A stretch of 64,000 nucleotides of DNA. Source: Pelomyxa schiedti (Eukaryota; Protista; Evosea). This document shows positions 26,538 through 38,288 of the stretch, piece by piece (positions within the stretch are counted from its first letter, which is position 1; each line of letters opens with the position of its first letter). Made by a program: the position numbers and the translations under genes. The notes below the pieces were generated by a model. It did not search any database and was not told the DNA's origin. It was given only the letters and a program-made list of their open reading frames with translations. The stretch spans positions 1-64,000 of the forward strand of contig JAHLWZ010000693.1 of NCBI GenBank assembly GCA_020536535.1, read 5' to 3'.

Positions 26538-29500
26538 ATGAGCGGTGGTGACGCCAAGGAGGTGCCCAGTAGTGCCACTAGTGTAGCAAAATCTAGTCGC
26601 CCGTCAGCTACTCCGGTGCGTTAAAAAAAAAAAACGCGTGTCGCGATGTTGCTTGGCGAAATAGAATTTGCATTGCCTAAATTCCCGCTTTTTTTTTTTC
26701 TCGCATTTTTGTGTCTTTTCGTCATCGCTGGGCGTTGCGTATTCCTTAATTACTTTCATATGTCCCTATTGGATACGGCATTTTAGGCCGCTAAAAAAGA
26801 TGCAGCTCCTTCCTCACCACCTTTGGCTCCTGCTGCTTCCGCCACACGACAAATGCCCAAAATAGTCTCCAAGACAAAAACTGCGGCACCAAATGCAACT
26901 CCCACAGTCGCACGTACTCGCTCCACCACCAGCTCTGCTCCTGCTGTCGTTCCTGCCCCTGTTCCTTCTCCAGCGTCTTCCATTCCTCCTTCTGAGACTT
27001 CTGCTGAAGAACAAATAGCTCCGGTGGAAGAGGCCCCTTCGACTTCAACAACCACAGCTGCTACTACAACCACTACATCAGCCACGAGTACCAGCAAAAC
27101 CGCCAAGTCATCAGTGTCTGGCACAACACCTACACCTGCAAAGGCGCCAGCTTCCAAAGGTACCGTCAGTTTGGCCCCTGCTAAGCCAAAAGCTGTGCAG
27201 ACACCTGCGAAGCCTGCCAGTGCGGCAGCGTCAGCAGCAGCGACTCCCCGTCCTGCGGAATCAGAGTCCAGTACTTCCCCCATGCCTCTGAACACTTTTT
27301 TCATGTTTTGTCAGGTTCATCGGGCTCAGGTTCTGATTCTGGCTCCGAGTCAGACTCGGGATCAAGTTCAGGTTCTGGTTCAGGTTCAGATACTGATACT
27401 GATTCGGAGTCGGGATCGGGATCCGGATCTGGGTCTGAGTCGGGCTCCGGGTCCGGATCCGGGTCTGGTTCTGGCTCTGGGTCAGAGTCGGGTTCTTCAT
27501 CGTCCTCTGAGGCCGAACCAGAGGGTGAATCAAGTTCTTCAGGTTTGCAGCAATTTCAGAAGAGTCTTTTTCACAACTCCTGCAGGTCCAAAACGGAAAA
27601 AATCGTCCACTACACGAAAAACGTCTCCCTCCAACGTAAGTTACTTCATTGGTCTTACCTAAAAGTAATAAATGGGTACAGAAATCTGTATCTTCACCAA
27701 AAGCGCCCTCAAAAAAACCCGATTCTAAGTCTACCACCACTGTAGTGAAGGTACGTCATTGTTCTCAGTTCCATCATTAAATGGGATAAACTAGGATGAC
27801 CCGGAGGAATCACCTGTTCCTAGAAAGAGAGTAAGGGAGGATACACCAGAACCTTCTAAGTCAAAGAAAAAAGAGGTACAGTATCATCCATGTGCCGAAG
27901 TGGCTCTGATAAATCCGTTTACAAAAACGAAAAAAGCCTCCAAGTAAAAAACCTAGAGCAAGGAAAGGCACTGTAGACAGTGGGGATGATGATTCTGACG
28001 ATGAGGCATCAGTAAGCATAACGTTTTGGTTCTCAATAACACTGTAAAGGAAGATGAAAAGCCAAAGCGTAAAGGTGGATGCAAATGGAAAACTCTGTCT
28101 CATAACGGCCCACTCTTCCCAGCGGCCTATGTCCCCCACGGCAAGAAACTCTATTATAACAGTTCCCGCTCTTACTTGTTTGGTACAAGCTCACACCAAT
28201 GTAAAAAAAAAGGAAAACCAGTGGATCTTACACCGGAAGCTGAGGAAATCGCGACATTTTACGCCAAGTATTTGGAGACTGACCACGTGAAGAAGGAACG
28301 TTTCCGGGAAAACTTCTTCAATGACTTCAAACTAAGACTTAAGGTGCCACTTATGTGAAGGAGGGTGGTAGTTAACATCCATATCCTGTCCAGCAATTAA
28401 AAGATCCTGCCAGCTCAACAATCAAAGATTTTTCTAAGTGTGACTTTACCAAAATTCACGCATACCTGAAGGAACAATCTCAAGCAAAAAAATTGCGCAC
28501 CAAGGAGGAGAGAAATGTAGTTCTCACCCCAATATTTGTACTTATGTTAGCTGTAGAGGGAGAAGAAGGAGAAAGAAGAACTTAGGAAGCAATATGGCAT
28601 TGCACTCGTGGATGGCAAAGAAGAAAGGATCGGCAATTTTACTGTTGAACCACCAGGATTATTCTTGGGGCGTGGGGAGCACCCTCTTACCGGGCACATA
28701 AAGGTATCACAATTGACCTCCTCTACCTCTCACAAGTTCTTCTTTTCCTTTGTGTAGGAGCGGGTGATGCCTGAGGATGTTACCATCAACATCGGCAAAG
28801 GTTGAAATTTTCCAAGTGCTGTTGAATCCCAATTAACTGGCCATAAGGAGAAAAAGTGCCCCAGTGTCCGGTAAAAGGGCACAACTGGGGGAAAGTTGTG
28901 CATAGCCCTGACGTCACGTGGTTGGCTATGTGGCGTGAGAAGGTTCAAGGAGGCTTCAAGTATATTTGGTTGCACTCTAGTTCAAGCCTTAAAGGGGCCT
29001 CTGACATGGAGAAATACGAGAAAGCCAGAAAATTAACGGCAAGGATCTCTTGTGTTATTGAGGTATTTATGAGACACTGCAGCAAAAAATCGAGGCCATT
29101 CGTGCGGCATACACAAGAGACTTTAAGTCTACCAACCCTCTAGAAAAGCAAAGAGCAACTGCGCTATACTTCATTGATACATTAGTATACTTCCTTCCTT
29201 TACTTTTGTTTGTTACCCATACCATGCGCCCAACAGGCCCTTCGTGTTGGCAACGAGAAGGGGGAAGAGGAAGCAGACACCGTCGGCTGTTGCTCTCTTC
29301 GTGTTGAACATATTCAGCTGTCTAATCACCCTAAACCTTTTTCCGTTTCATTTGATTTTCTTGGTAAAGATTCGATGCGTTATCAGAATACAGTCCAGGT
29401 ACTAAAAAATTCTATGATCACAAATTTGCTGGTCAATTTACACATATCTACAGGTTTGCGAGCCCGTCTACAAGAATTTGAAGGAATTCGTATCAGGGAA

Positions 29501-30735
29501 GAGCAAAACAGACAACTTGTTTTCTGATCTCAACACGACTCTTCTGAACAAGTACCTCAAATCCTTTATGAGAGAGTTATCTGCTAAAGTACCATCTGCG
29601 TTTCATTTCTCTTGTAATGCTAATGGAACCGCAAGGTGTTCCGTACATACAATGCGTCTTATACTCTAGAAAAGGAACTCAGTCAACATCCACCAGATTC
29701 TGATGCTTCACCCGAAGTAAAATTACAATTTTACAACAAGTGCAACAAACAAGTAGCTATCCTGTGCAACCATCAGCGCACCGTGAAGGAGACAGCTTTT
29801 TCTGCCAGTATGGGCAAATTTAAATCAGAGGTTTGAACCCACCCCACTCTCAGAAGTCTAATGCACATATTAGCTGCTGGCTCTTCAACGTGAAAGGGAT
29901 AAGATAATAAAGCATCTCGGGAGAAAGAAGATTAAGAAGGCAAAAGGGGAGGAGGACGAGGAGGTACAAAGTGATGATCCTGACATAGCTGAATATGAGG
30001 TACTTCTATCTCTAAACAGTCACAAAATTCAATTGAAGTGAATTGCAGAAAGCAAAAGCAGAGCGTGCAAAGTTGAAAAAAGAGCGAGAAGAGATAGAAG
30101 CCGCAGCTGCAGCTAAAAAAGGAGAAATTCCTGAGGAACCCTCCCCAAAGAAGGGCAAGAGCAAAGACAAGGGGGAGGTGATCATTCCTGAAAGTGAAGA
30201 ACGATGTGAGGTACAAAAACACTCTCCTAACACGAGGCTCTCACAAAACTCAGAAACGTCTTGCAGCAATTGCACAAAAAATTGCAAAAATTAAAGTCCA
30301 AATGTCCGACAAGGTATGTCCAATCCTTTTTTTTTCCCTCTTCCCTTATCTCTCAGTTTGTTGCCGTCCACTGACCTTTCTTACCAGGGAGACACAAAGA
30401 ACTACGCACTTGGTACATCAAAAATAAACTACCTCGATCCCCGGATTACTGTGGCTTGGTGCAAGAAAGTTGACCTCCCCATTGAGAAGGTTTTCGCCAA
30501 GGCCCTGAGGGAGAAATTCAACTGGGCCATGGATGTTGATGAAGACTTTGGCTTTTGTGACACTAAACCAGCCCGTAAAAGAGCACCCCCCAAGTCATCA
30601 GCCAAAAAGTCCGATTCTAAAAAAACCACTACCAGCAAATCCACCACCAAATCCACAAAGTCCAAATCCTCAACTACCACCAAATCTACGTCATCCAGCA
30701 AGACAAAGGGAACCTCCCCCCGCAAGGGACACTGA
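26538..30735 (+). CDS. TOP1: DNA topoisomerase I (type IB)
   Basis: [66 protein letters not shown] and catalytic [12 protein letters not shown]. Confidence 0.97.
27315..27540 (+). repeat. Ser-Gly/Asp coding low-complexity repeat in the Top1 N-terminus
   Basis: Degenerate TCNGGN hexamers encoding [14 protein letters not shown]... Confidence 0.8.
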
Positions 30736-30895
30736 GCCCTACACCCAAGTAGTAAGTATGCAGAAATATACCCACATTCACGCAACGCACCCTCATTCCA
30801 GCCATTTCACCACCTTCTCATTACTGTGCCAAAGAGCACCTTTTGAATAGAAAGATAGTTCTTTCTCCAAAACAAATGGTTTTTTGTTTTTTCCC

Positions 30896-33800
30896 CTAGG
30901 ACTTGGATGTTTTGAGAACTCCTTTGGTGACGGGCTGTGGGAAATCCAGTTTCCATTTCGTAAGTCCCCAGACTTGGGTTGCATACTGCTCGATACTGTT
31001 GTCACTGCTGAACCTTCCCATTCCCGCAATGGTGAAAAGGCACTTCTTGTTCCAAAGTTCACGGTTGAGGAACTCGGTGTCCACGAGGTTCTGCATGGCA
31101 ACATACTGTGGGAAGTCATGGCCCAGAAGGTAGTAGTCATTCCCGCCCCACAATGGATCCATCAAGGGCTTGTAGAGAGGGTACGGCCCGAATTCGCCGT
31201 TCTCAAGGCTATTTATTTGTCAGTTCGGAATGCCAATTAAATTACTCGGGGAATTCCTACCTGCGAAGTACTCCATAAAGGCGGTAATCTATGGCAGATG
31301 GGGGTCGGCTCCTTATGCCTTGCACTTGCTTTGGGAAGGTATCAATTTTTACAAAACAAAAAAGAGGTAACTCACATCGGTCCTAGCGCCAAAAATGTAC
31401 ATATTCTCAAATCCGATGCTTTCTCCAATTTCTACGTTGGCACCTGTACCAGTGTCAGATTGGAGACAAACGTGATGAATTTAGATCACCATCCATGGTC
31501 CCAAGGATGAGTCCTCCATTCATTGCAAACCTATAGAGCGTGAGGTGAAGTACAAGATTATGATTTTTTAAAGTACTTCATATTGCTTGTTCCTGAAGCC
31601 TCTGTTCCAGCAGTACTAATATGCTCGCTGATGTCCGCGGCCGGAATGATTTTTTCTGCCAGAGACACACTATAGTTGGATATGAACACAACCTTGAGCA
31701 AATTTCCAACATCTGGGTCATTGTTTATAACCTGAGAAAGAATGAGAGCTTTCCAATTGAGGTTTGGTTGGTTTACCTCTGCAACATTGTTGATGAGCAT
31801 AATAACTACTTTGGCTCTCTCATATCCGGCCGCTGCTTTTCCGGCAAAAATTTGTACACGAGGGACAACATTCTCCCTCTCCTTGGGTGTCATCATTTTT
31901 ATTGTGTGATAGCGGTGGATAATGCCCAGAATATTGAGTAGTTGCCTCTTATACTCGTGTATTCTCTTGACCTTTTTGTTGAAAAAAAATTAACACAGAA
32001 GTTTCGATAAAAATAGCCTGCCTGAATGTCAAACAGGGCTGTGGGAGTAAGAGTCACTGTGCCATTTGTTCTTTTCAAAACTAAGTTCGCCAGAACCGTC
32101 TTTGCATGGATCTTGCAATCTTCAAGAGCCTAACCAAGGGATGAACCCTAAAACACATATCTACTGATTAACAACCTGCAGCACTTTAGGGTTTACATTC
32201 TCTGGCTCTTTCAACTTTGCCAGGAGCTCTAAGTTTGTTGCCCAGTCTTTAGTCCCAAGGCAAGAGCTAATGAGCTATACAAAGTGAGGAACAGAATACT
32301 GACCAGTGACCTCCCAACCTCACTTAAAGGCCTGTTACAGCACAAAATCCACCGCCTTGGAGTGACACCATTGGTGATATTAATTATCTTGCCAGGCCAA
32401 AGTCTGTTCCATTCTCCAAAGAGTGAAGATTTGAGAATATCGGTGTGGATACGTGCTACTCCATTAACAATATGACTACTGACAAGGGCCAGATTTGCCA
32501 TACGAACCTGAACCTTTTAGTGTAATGAAGGATTGGTCAGGTACTGCTAACCGTCTTTGGAGAGCCTTCTTCAATGATGGAAAGATGCGAGATAATATCA
32601 TTTGCTGGGTTAAATGTTGCAGTTACCTTGTATTTGTCAGTAAACTCTCCATTAAAAGGGGAAAAACCTGCTGCAAGAATCGGTGATTGATCTCAAAGAT
32701 GATTTGCATGTGCCTGGGGAGAAGCCATTCTATCATTGGCACAGGCCACCTCTCCAGTGCTTCAGGAAGAACAGTGTGGTTGGTGAAAGAAAATGTCTTC
32801 GTAACGATATCCCAAGCCTGCAAAACTTTCATTATCGAAGTGGCGAGTTTGAAAGAGATACCGTGTCCCAGTTCAAACGGTAAATATCCAAAAATTGCCT
32901 CATGAGTTCCGGAATGGATCTAATCACGGAATTGGTCCTAACAGGAGGAAAAAGGTATTACATTGTTGGGTGTGTATCATTGAGCTGGATAGCCGTTTTT
33001 TCTGCAAATTGCTCAAGTGTAGCCTTGCTCCTTCGGTGTCTTCGCATTATATCCTGTATGGAAGCACAGCACAAGAAGAACTGTTGCTTTAGCCTCAACT
33101 CACGGCCTGCAGAAATAGTCAATGAAAAAGATAGTTAGATCGGCAATTACCATGCAAAGTATCTGTTTTGGGATAAAGAACACAGGAAAGTTCTTCATCA
33201 ATTTGCTTCTCTTTTAGTTGCTCCCAAGGATCCACGTGCCTCAGTGCTAGCTCTTCCAACTTATAGTGAGTCACTGGCTTGGAGCTCCATAACCGCAGTG
33301 TGAGCGTATTTTTAGTCCCATACCCAGGAATAGGAATATCATAAGCAATTGCGCCAACTTGGTTTGCAGGCACCCACTCGAATTTAATATCGCCTTTTTC
33401 ATCTACAAAACAAGCGTTTTTATAAGTTAAAAAGAAAAAGGGCGGCTAGCAAACCTGTTGTTATAGCGACATGACCTCCAAAGCCGATTTCATACTGGAT
33501 ATCGGTTCGACAGACTTCCCAGGGGTTCCCTTGTTCAAGCCAGAAGTCAGGAGTTTCGACTTGCTGTTTGTGGATGATATTTTGCTCAAATTGGCCATAT
33601 TTATAGCGGATTCCATATCTATCGTTGCTTGTTAAGTTTCCATACTTCTATGAAAAAGCTTACCCCCAGGAAGGATAGTTGAGTGTTGCTAGGGAATCTA
33701 CAATGCAGTTAACAGAATGGAAGAAGAAACAAAGTGAGAGCAAACCCAAAAAGCAAGCTGCCAACCTCCCTAGACCCCCTGAGCCGAGGCCAGGGTCATG

Positions 33801-34483
33801 TTCTTCATCTTCCACACCCTCAAGTTCCATGCCGAAGCGCTGATAGTGTAAGAAAAAGACCAAGACTCAAATAGTTTTTGTGAAAAGAAGCGGATTTTAC
33901 ATGGATAGCCTCGTTAAATGGCCCATGAAGCGCTCTGTTTATCAAAGCATTTTGCATAGCCCTCCCCATCAAAAACTCAATTGAAATATAGTAAGCCCTC
34001 TTTACTTCATTGTCCCTGAACAGCCTCTGTGTATCATTCCTTCAAAGGGGAAAAAAAAAAAGTAGAACATGTTAGGCACAAGGGGAAACAGGGAAAAAAA
34101 ACGCTGGGAGAAAGTCTAAAAATAGTCAAAATTCGTTACCAAGTCTCGATGAGGCGGTCCCTGAGAGCGAAAGAACAGGCCCTGAACATAGAGTTGTTTG
34201 ACAGGTTGATCCGGCTGCCGGCCAACGTGTACTCGTAGTGGTTAGCAATGTGCTGCATTATAGAATCCACGTCCTCAGGCACGTAGGCGGCCGTGAGCCC
34301 GAACAGAGGGTTGCTGTCAATGTCCGCCCCCAGCGACGACGGCGACACCACGGAAGTGGCGGTACGGCTCAGCCTGAGAAGCCCGCTGGCACGCAGGCCA
34401 GTGGATTCTGACCCAAGTGTGCCCTGCGGGGCAGTGGTAGATGTAGTAGTGGAGCTACTGCTGGTTGCGGTTGTTGTTGCCAT
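30896..34483 (-). CDS. PYG: Glycogen/alpha-glucan phosphorylase (GT35)
   Basis: [62 protein letters not shown] site [18 protein letters not shown]. Confidence 0.97.
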
Positions 34484-34845
34484 GGCAGTGTTCGTTGGTA
34501 GCAACAGTTCTGAGACGAAATTTTTTATTTTGGTTAAAACGGCGGTTTTTTTCTTTTGGTTTGTTTTTTTTGCTGTCCGCCGAGTGGTGAAAGGCCGCAA
34601 GAAGAAGCCCCGAAAGTTGGGAAAAATATGGAAATGGCAGCTGACCCTGTGGATCACCTCCCACCCCAGGGGGATCCGTGAGTAGAGACAACTGCAGTGG
34701 TCTGGCATTTAAGTCTTGTACATCAGAGATACTCGAACTTCTCTTTCGGGGTATCACCGCCATCAAACCGCAAAAAAAAAAAAAAAACAAACAAAACAAC
34801 AAACACCAAACACAAACAAATCAACAAGCACCAAACACAACGAAG

Positions 34846-35244
34846 ATGGACCCCGTAACGGGCTTCATGGCCAAGAAGATGGTGTCGGGGCAGATCGACT
34901 CTATCACCAGCCAGCTCGGCTTTGGCGGCGACGACAAGAAGGACGCGGAGAAGGACGCCAAGGACCGCGAGGCCGAGCGCAAGAAGGACGCGGAGGAGGA
35001 GCGCAAGCGCGAGGCCAAGAGGTCCACGGAGCGCGAGGAGCGCCACGCCCGCACCAAGGAGCGCAACGACGAGATCCGCAAGAAGTACGGCCTCGCGACC
35101 ACCTCGACCCCCGGCGCCCCTGCCTCCAGTTCCTCGTCCTCGTCCTCGTCCTCCTCGTCTTCTTCATCTGCCGCGAAGCCGGCGTCGTCCGCTCCTGCTA
35201 GTAGCAGCTCCTCTGGATCGTCTGATGGGTGCTTGTTGTGCTGA
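34846..35244 (+). CDS. Complexin/synaphin-like small protein with C-terminal CaaX (CLLC)
   Basis: 132 aa, intronless. N-terminal FMAKKMVSGQIDSITSQLGFGGDDK, charged helix ending EIRKKYGL, Ser-rich linker, CLLC stop. Confidence 0.65.
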   Translation: MDPVTGFMAKKMVSGQIDSITSQLGFGGDDKKDAEKDAKDREAERKKDAEEERKREAKRSTEREERHARTKERNDEIRKKYGLATTSTPGAPASSSSSSSSSSSSSSSAAKPASSAPASSSSSGSSDGCLLC

Positions 35245-35636
35245 GATTGCTTAATGAATCTCTGCTGGGATGAACCAACCCTCTAGATTACTCTACACCT
35301 TTGGAAAACCAATGACCTCACCACCCACTACTGTAAACACAATAAAGATTCTCTTTCACTTAACTTCCTTTACCTCCAAGAACTTTGTTCCCGGTCAATT
35401 CCATTAAAGGCGAACAAATCCATGGTGGTAGTATCTATCCGGCGTACCAAGATGAAGGTCATTGGTTGGAAACTTCACAGAGGGTGAAGACAAGTGTTTT
35501 CCGCACACCCAATCCAACTTGGGAAAATTTATTCAGTAACAGTTTTTGTGATCCAGTCTCGGACAATACGCGCATTTTTTCCTGTTCCAAACAACACGAT
35601 GGTGTCACCTTGGGCCCAACAACAGGGAAAAATTAA

Positions 35637-36907
35637 ATGCTACAACATTGGGAATTCAGCGTGTCAGTGGTGTTGTTGGTTGTCACGTCCGTCCTGGTAG
35701 TAATCACCCTGCCTCTCTCCACCATACACGGTGCGCCAACGCCATCCCATAATCAAGACCCCGGCTCGCACGTCACCGTTTCGCCGTCCAATGTTCAACT
35801 CCCCGACTCTGCCAATGTGGATCCTGGCCGAGCAGAAACGATCCCACAATGCAATCCTCTCGTGCCTAGCGACAATGGGACGTCAGTGGAGCAGGACAAT
35901 CAGCGGCAGGCTTCCCCAGAATTCTACCGGTTCGATATCGGAGAGGCGCAAGCGCATTCGTTCCATGGGTCCGTCGGCAACTTGCCGGGAGTCGAGCACG
36001 TGTATGTCATGAATCTGGAGAGAAGGCTAGATCGCCGCCTGAGAATGGCCCACATGCTGTCTTTTCTGGGAATACCGTTTCAAGTGTTCTCCGCAACCGA
36101 CGGCGTTTACCTGCAGAGGCTCGTTGATGAGCAGAGAACCATCGAGTGTGTGCCAGTGTTTAACTGATGGTTTTGTTTGCCCCTTATGCAGTGATATCTA
36201 CTATCTATCTACTACCGAATTCGAGTCTGACCACACAGGGGAACCCAGGTTTGAAAGTGGAATCAACGTCAACCTCACTGAGCAGATGAGCCAACACCCG
36301 CCAGAGTCTATGGGCGGAATGGCTTGCCTTATAACAGCCCTCCGAATAATGCGAGATATCATGCACCACAACTGGACAGCCCTTGTTTTGGAAGACGACG
36401 TTGACATAGAGCTGGAAATCAGGAGTTCCATGGCTGAAATCATGATACACGCTCCCCCCACTTGGAGTACCCTTCCTAGCAGGAAACACCATTAGCTAAG
36501 CTTTTTCCAGAAGCACTACGATTGGGGCACTGTTACGAGGAACAAGGCGAATCTATCTGGGGTCCCATTTATAAGTCAACTTCGTTTCTTTGCCCTCATG
36601 CAACTATCTACAAGCCTGAGACAGCAGCTTTTATTTTGAAGAACCTGGATATTTCGTCTTGGGGCTGGGCAAATTGGGACCAGCTCCTTACCACTTTGCT
36701 TAAAGAGTGTGTTTGCCACCACTCCTAGTGATAGTAACATACTTCAGTAACCGGAACTCTGAAGTATTCGAGTCTTACAGTATCTTTCCCGCTTTGGTTG
36801 TGCAAACTGACCGCACCACTGGTGACATCCCCTCGTCAGCTTCCAAATGGCAAAACACACTACAATCCTCATCCACTTCTAAACTGGCAGGTTTTGTACT
36901 ACACTGA
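35637..36907 (+). CDS. Glycosyltransferase family 25, type II membrane protein
   Basis: N-terminal TM; VYVMNLERRLDRR, FSATDG, GGMACL, ALVLEDDVD. Confidence 0.85.
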
Positions 36908-36935
36908 AAAAAAAAAAGATGAAGGAATTCATTTC

Positions 36936-38117
36936 TTATGCATTGGCCACAGAAAAGAAAACTATGTTTGTACCACACGCGGCAGCGATTTTGAGTTGAG
37001 TTGCTCCCGCCTTGTGTGTCTCAGCCAGAAGGTACTGCATGTCAGACCATTCCAGGGCAGGTAAATCATTTGGGTTTCCTAAGCTGATAGCAGGTTGGTT
37101 TGAAGAAAAAATAAAAAGGTTGGAGATACTTGATTACAGATATGCATAGGTGAGGGGCCATTGTCCGGTATTTGTTGGTTCCCGGGTAATAGACTTTGAA
37201 ATCGATGTGATAGAGAGGTTCTCTAAGTTGTGTTGAGAAGAGAAATAAAGGAAAGTGTACTAACCTAGAAATGGAATCCGGAACTGTGTCCATAGGATGA
37301 GAAAGTTTGGTTATGATTGTTGCGCAGTCGGATGGTGTAGGAAGCAGATTGACACGGGGCCACCAACCACGGTAGCTCGGAGGAGGAGAGCTAGACACAG
37401 CTCCCAGTGGTTTGTTGGGAAGTGGTATTGGAGTGCACTGTGTTGTTACGGCGGGTATTGAGGGTATTTTCATTTCAGGTGTAGGGTTGCTTGTGTTAGG
37501 TGTAGTGTGGTAAGGTACAGGGATAACAATATAGCCCATGTGGCGTAAGTGTGCATAAACCATATACCGTTCAATTGAAATGCCAGATTCCAGGAGAAGG
37601 TTGAAGGCCTTTTTCCCACAACATGCATGAATAAGGTTATGGTTTGCAAAAAAAAAGGAATATCCCAACGCGTTCAGTTAGAGTAAAATAATAGAGTGAG
37701 AATTAAATCTTATACCTGACCTGTTGGATAGAAGCCCAGCTGTCAGTAGTACCGAGCCGGAGCACGGCGGCATTCTGATCAACAAGAAATACAACTTCTT
37801 CAGGCTCAAGTACTGTGCGAGTCTGCGTAAGTGCGGCCGGCGACGAAGATGGAGAAGGCGAGGCAGACGCCGACGTGCCGCCAACAGATGGGAGTGAGAT
37901 GCGACGAGTGGCACCCATTGTGTTCAACAACTTGCCGCGTGCCTCGATAACAATGCCGCAGCCGCCGTGTGGGTCCCACTGCACAACACAAGCACGTTTC
38001 CTGCCGTGCGATGTAGCGAGGATTAGGTGCACGAAGAGCGAGATCTCGTGTCGATGGTGGGTGGTACCCTCACATGTTTATCCTTCTTGTGTCTGCGGCA
38101 CACGACTTGGCCGACAT
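36936..38117 (-). CDS. TSEN54: tRNA-splicing endonuclease subunit Sen54
   Basis: ARGKLLNTMG, LEPEEVVFLVD, SIQQ|AFNLL and YMVYAHLRHMGYIV are typical of the Sen54 N-terminal domain. Confidence 0.82.
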
Positions 38118-38288
38118 CGTCTGGTCCGTTCCGAACGGAAAAATAAAAAAAAAAATAACGAATGAAATATCCAAGCAGAGACACGCAGGGAACTCCTGCC
38201 ACAAGTGATGTTTTGACAACTTGTTGAAGAACCGGATCTCGGCCCCATCAGTATTATCATTTTTTCGTTCCAAACTCCCTACTGTTGG

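Noticed and set aside
34846-35244. High GC of the complexin-like gene as evidence of lateral transfer or contamination
   Set aside because: Gene 5' regions are GC-rich throughout this window, so a short gene is expected to be GC-rich.
3828-38117. TPT1 and TSEN54 as a tRNA-splicing gene cluster
   Set aside because: They are 32 kb apart with many unrelated genes between them; probably coincidence.
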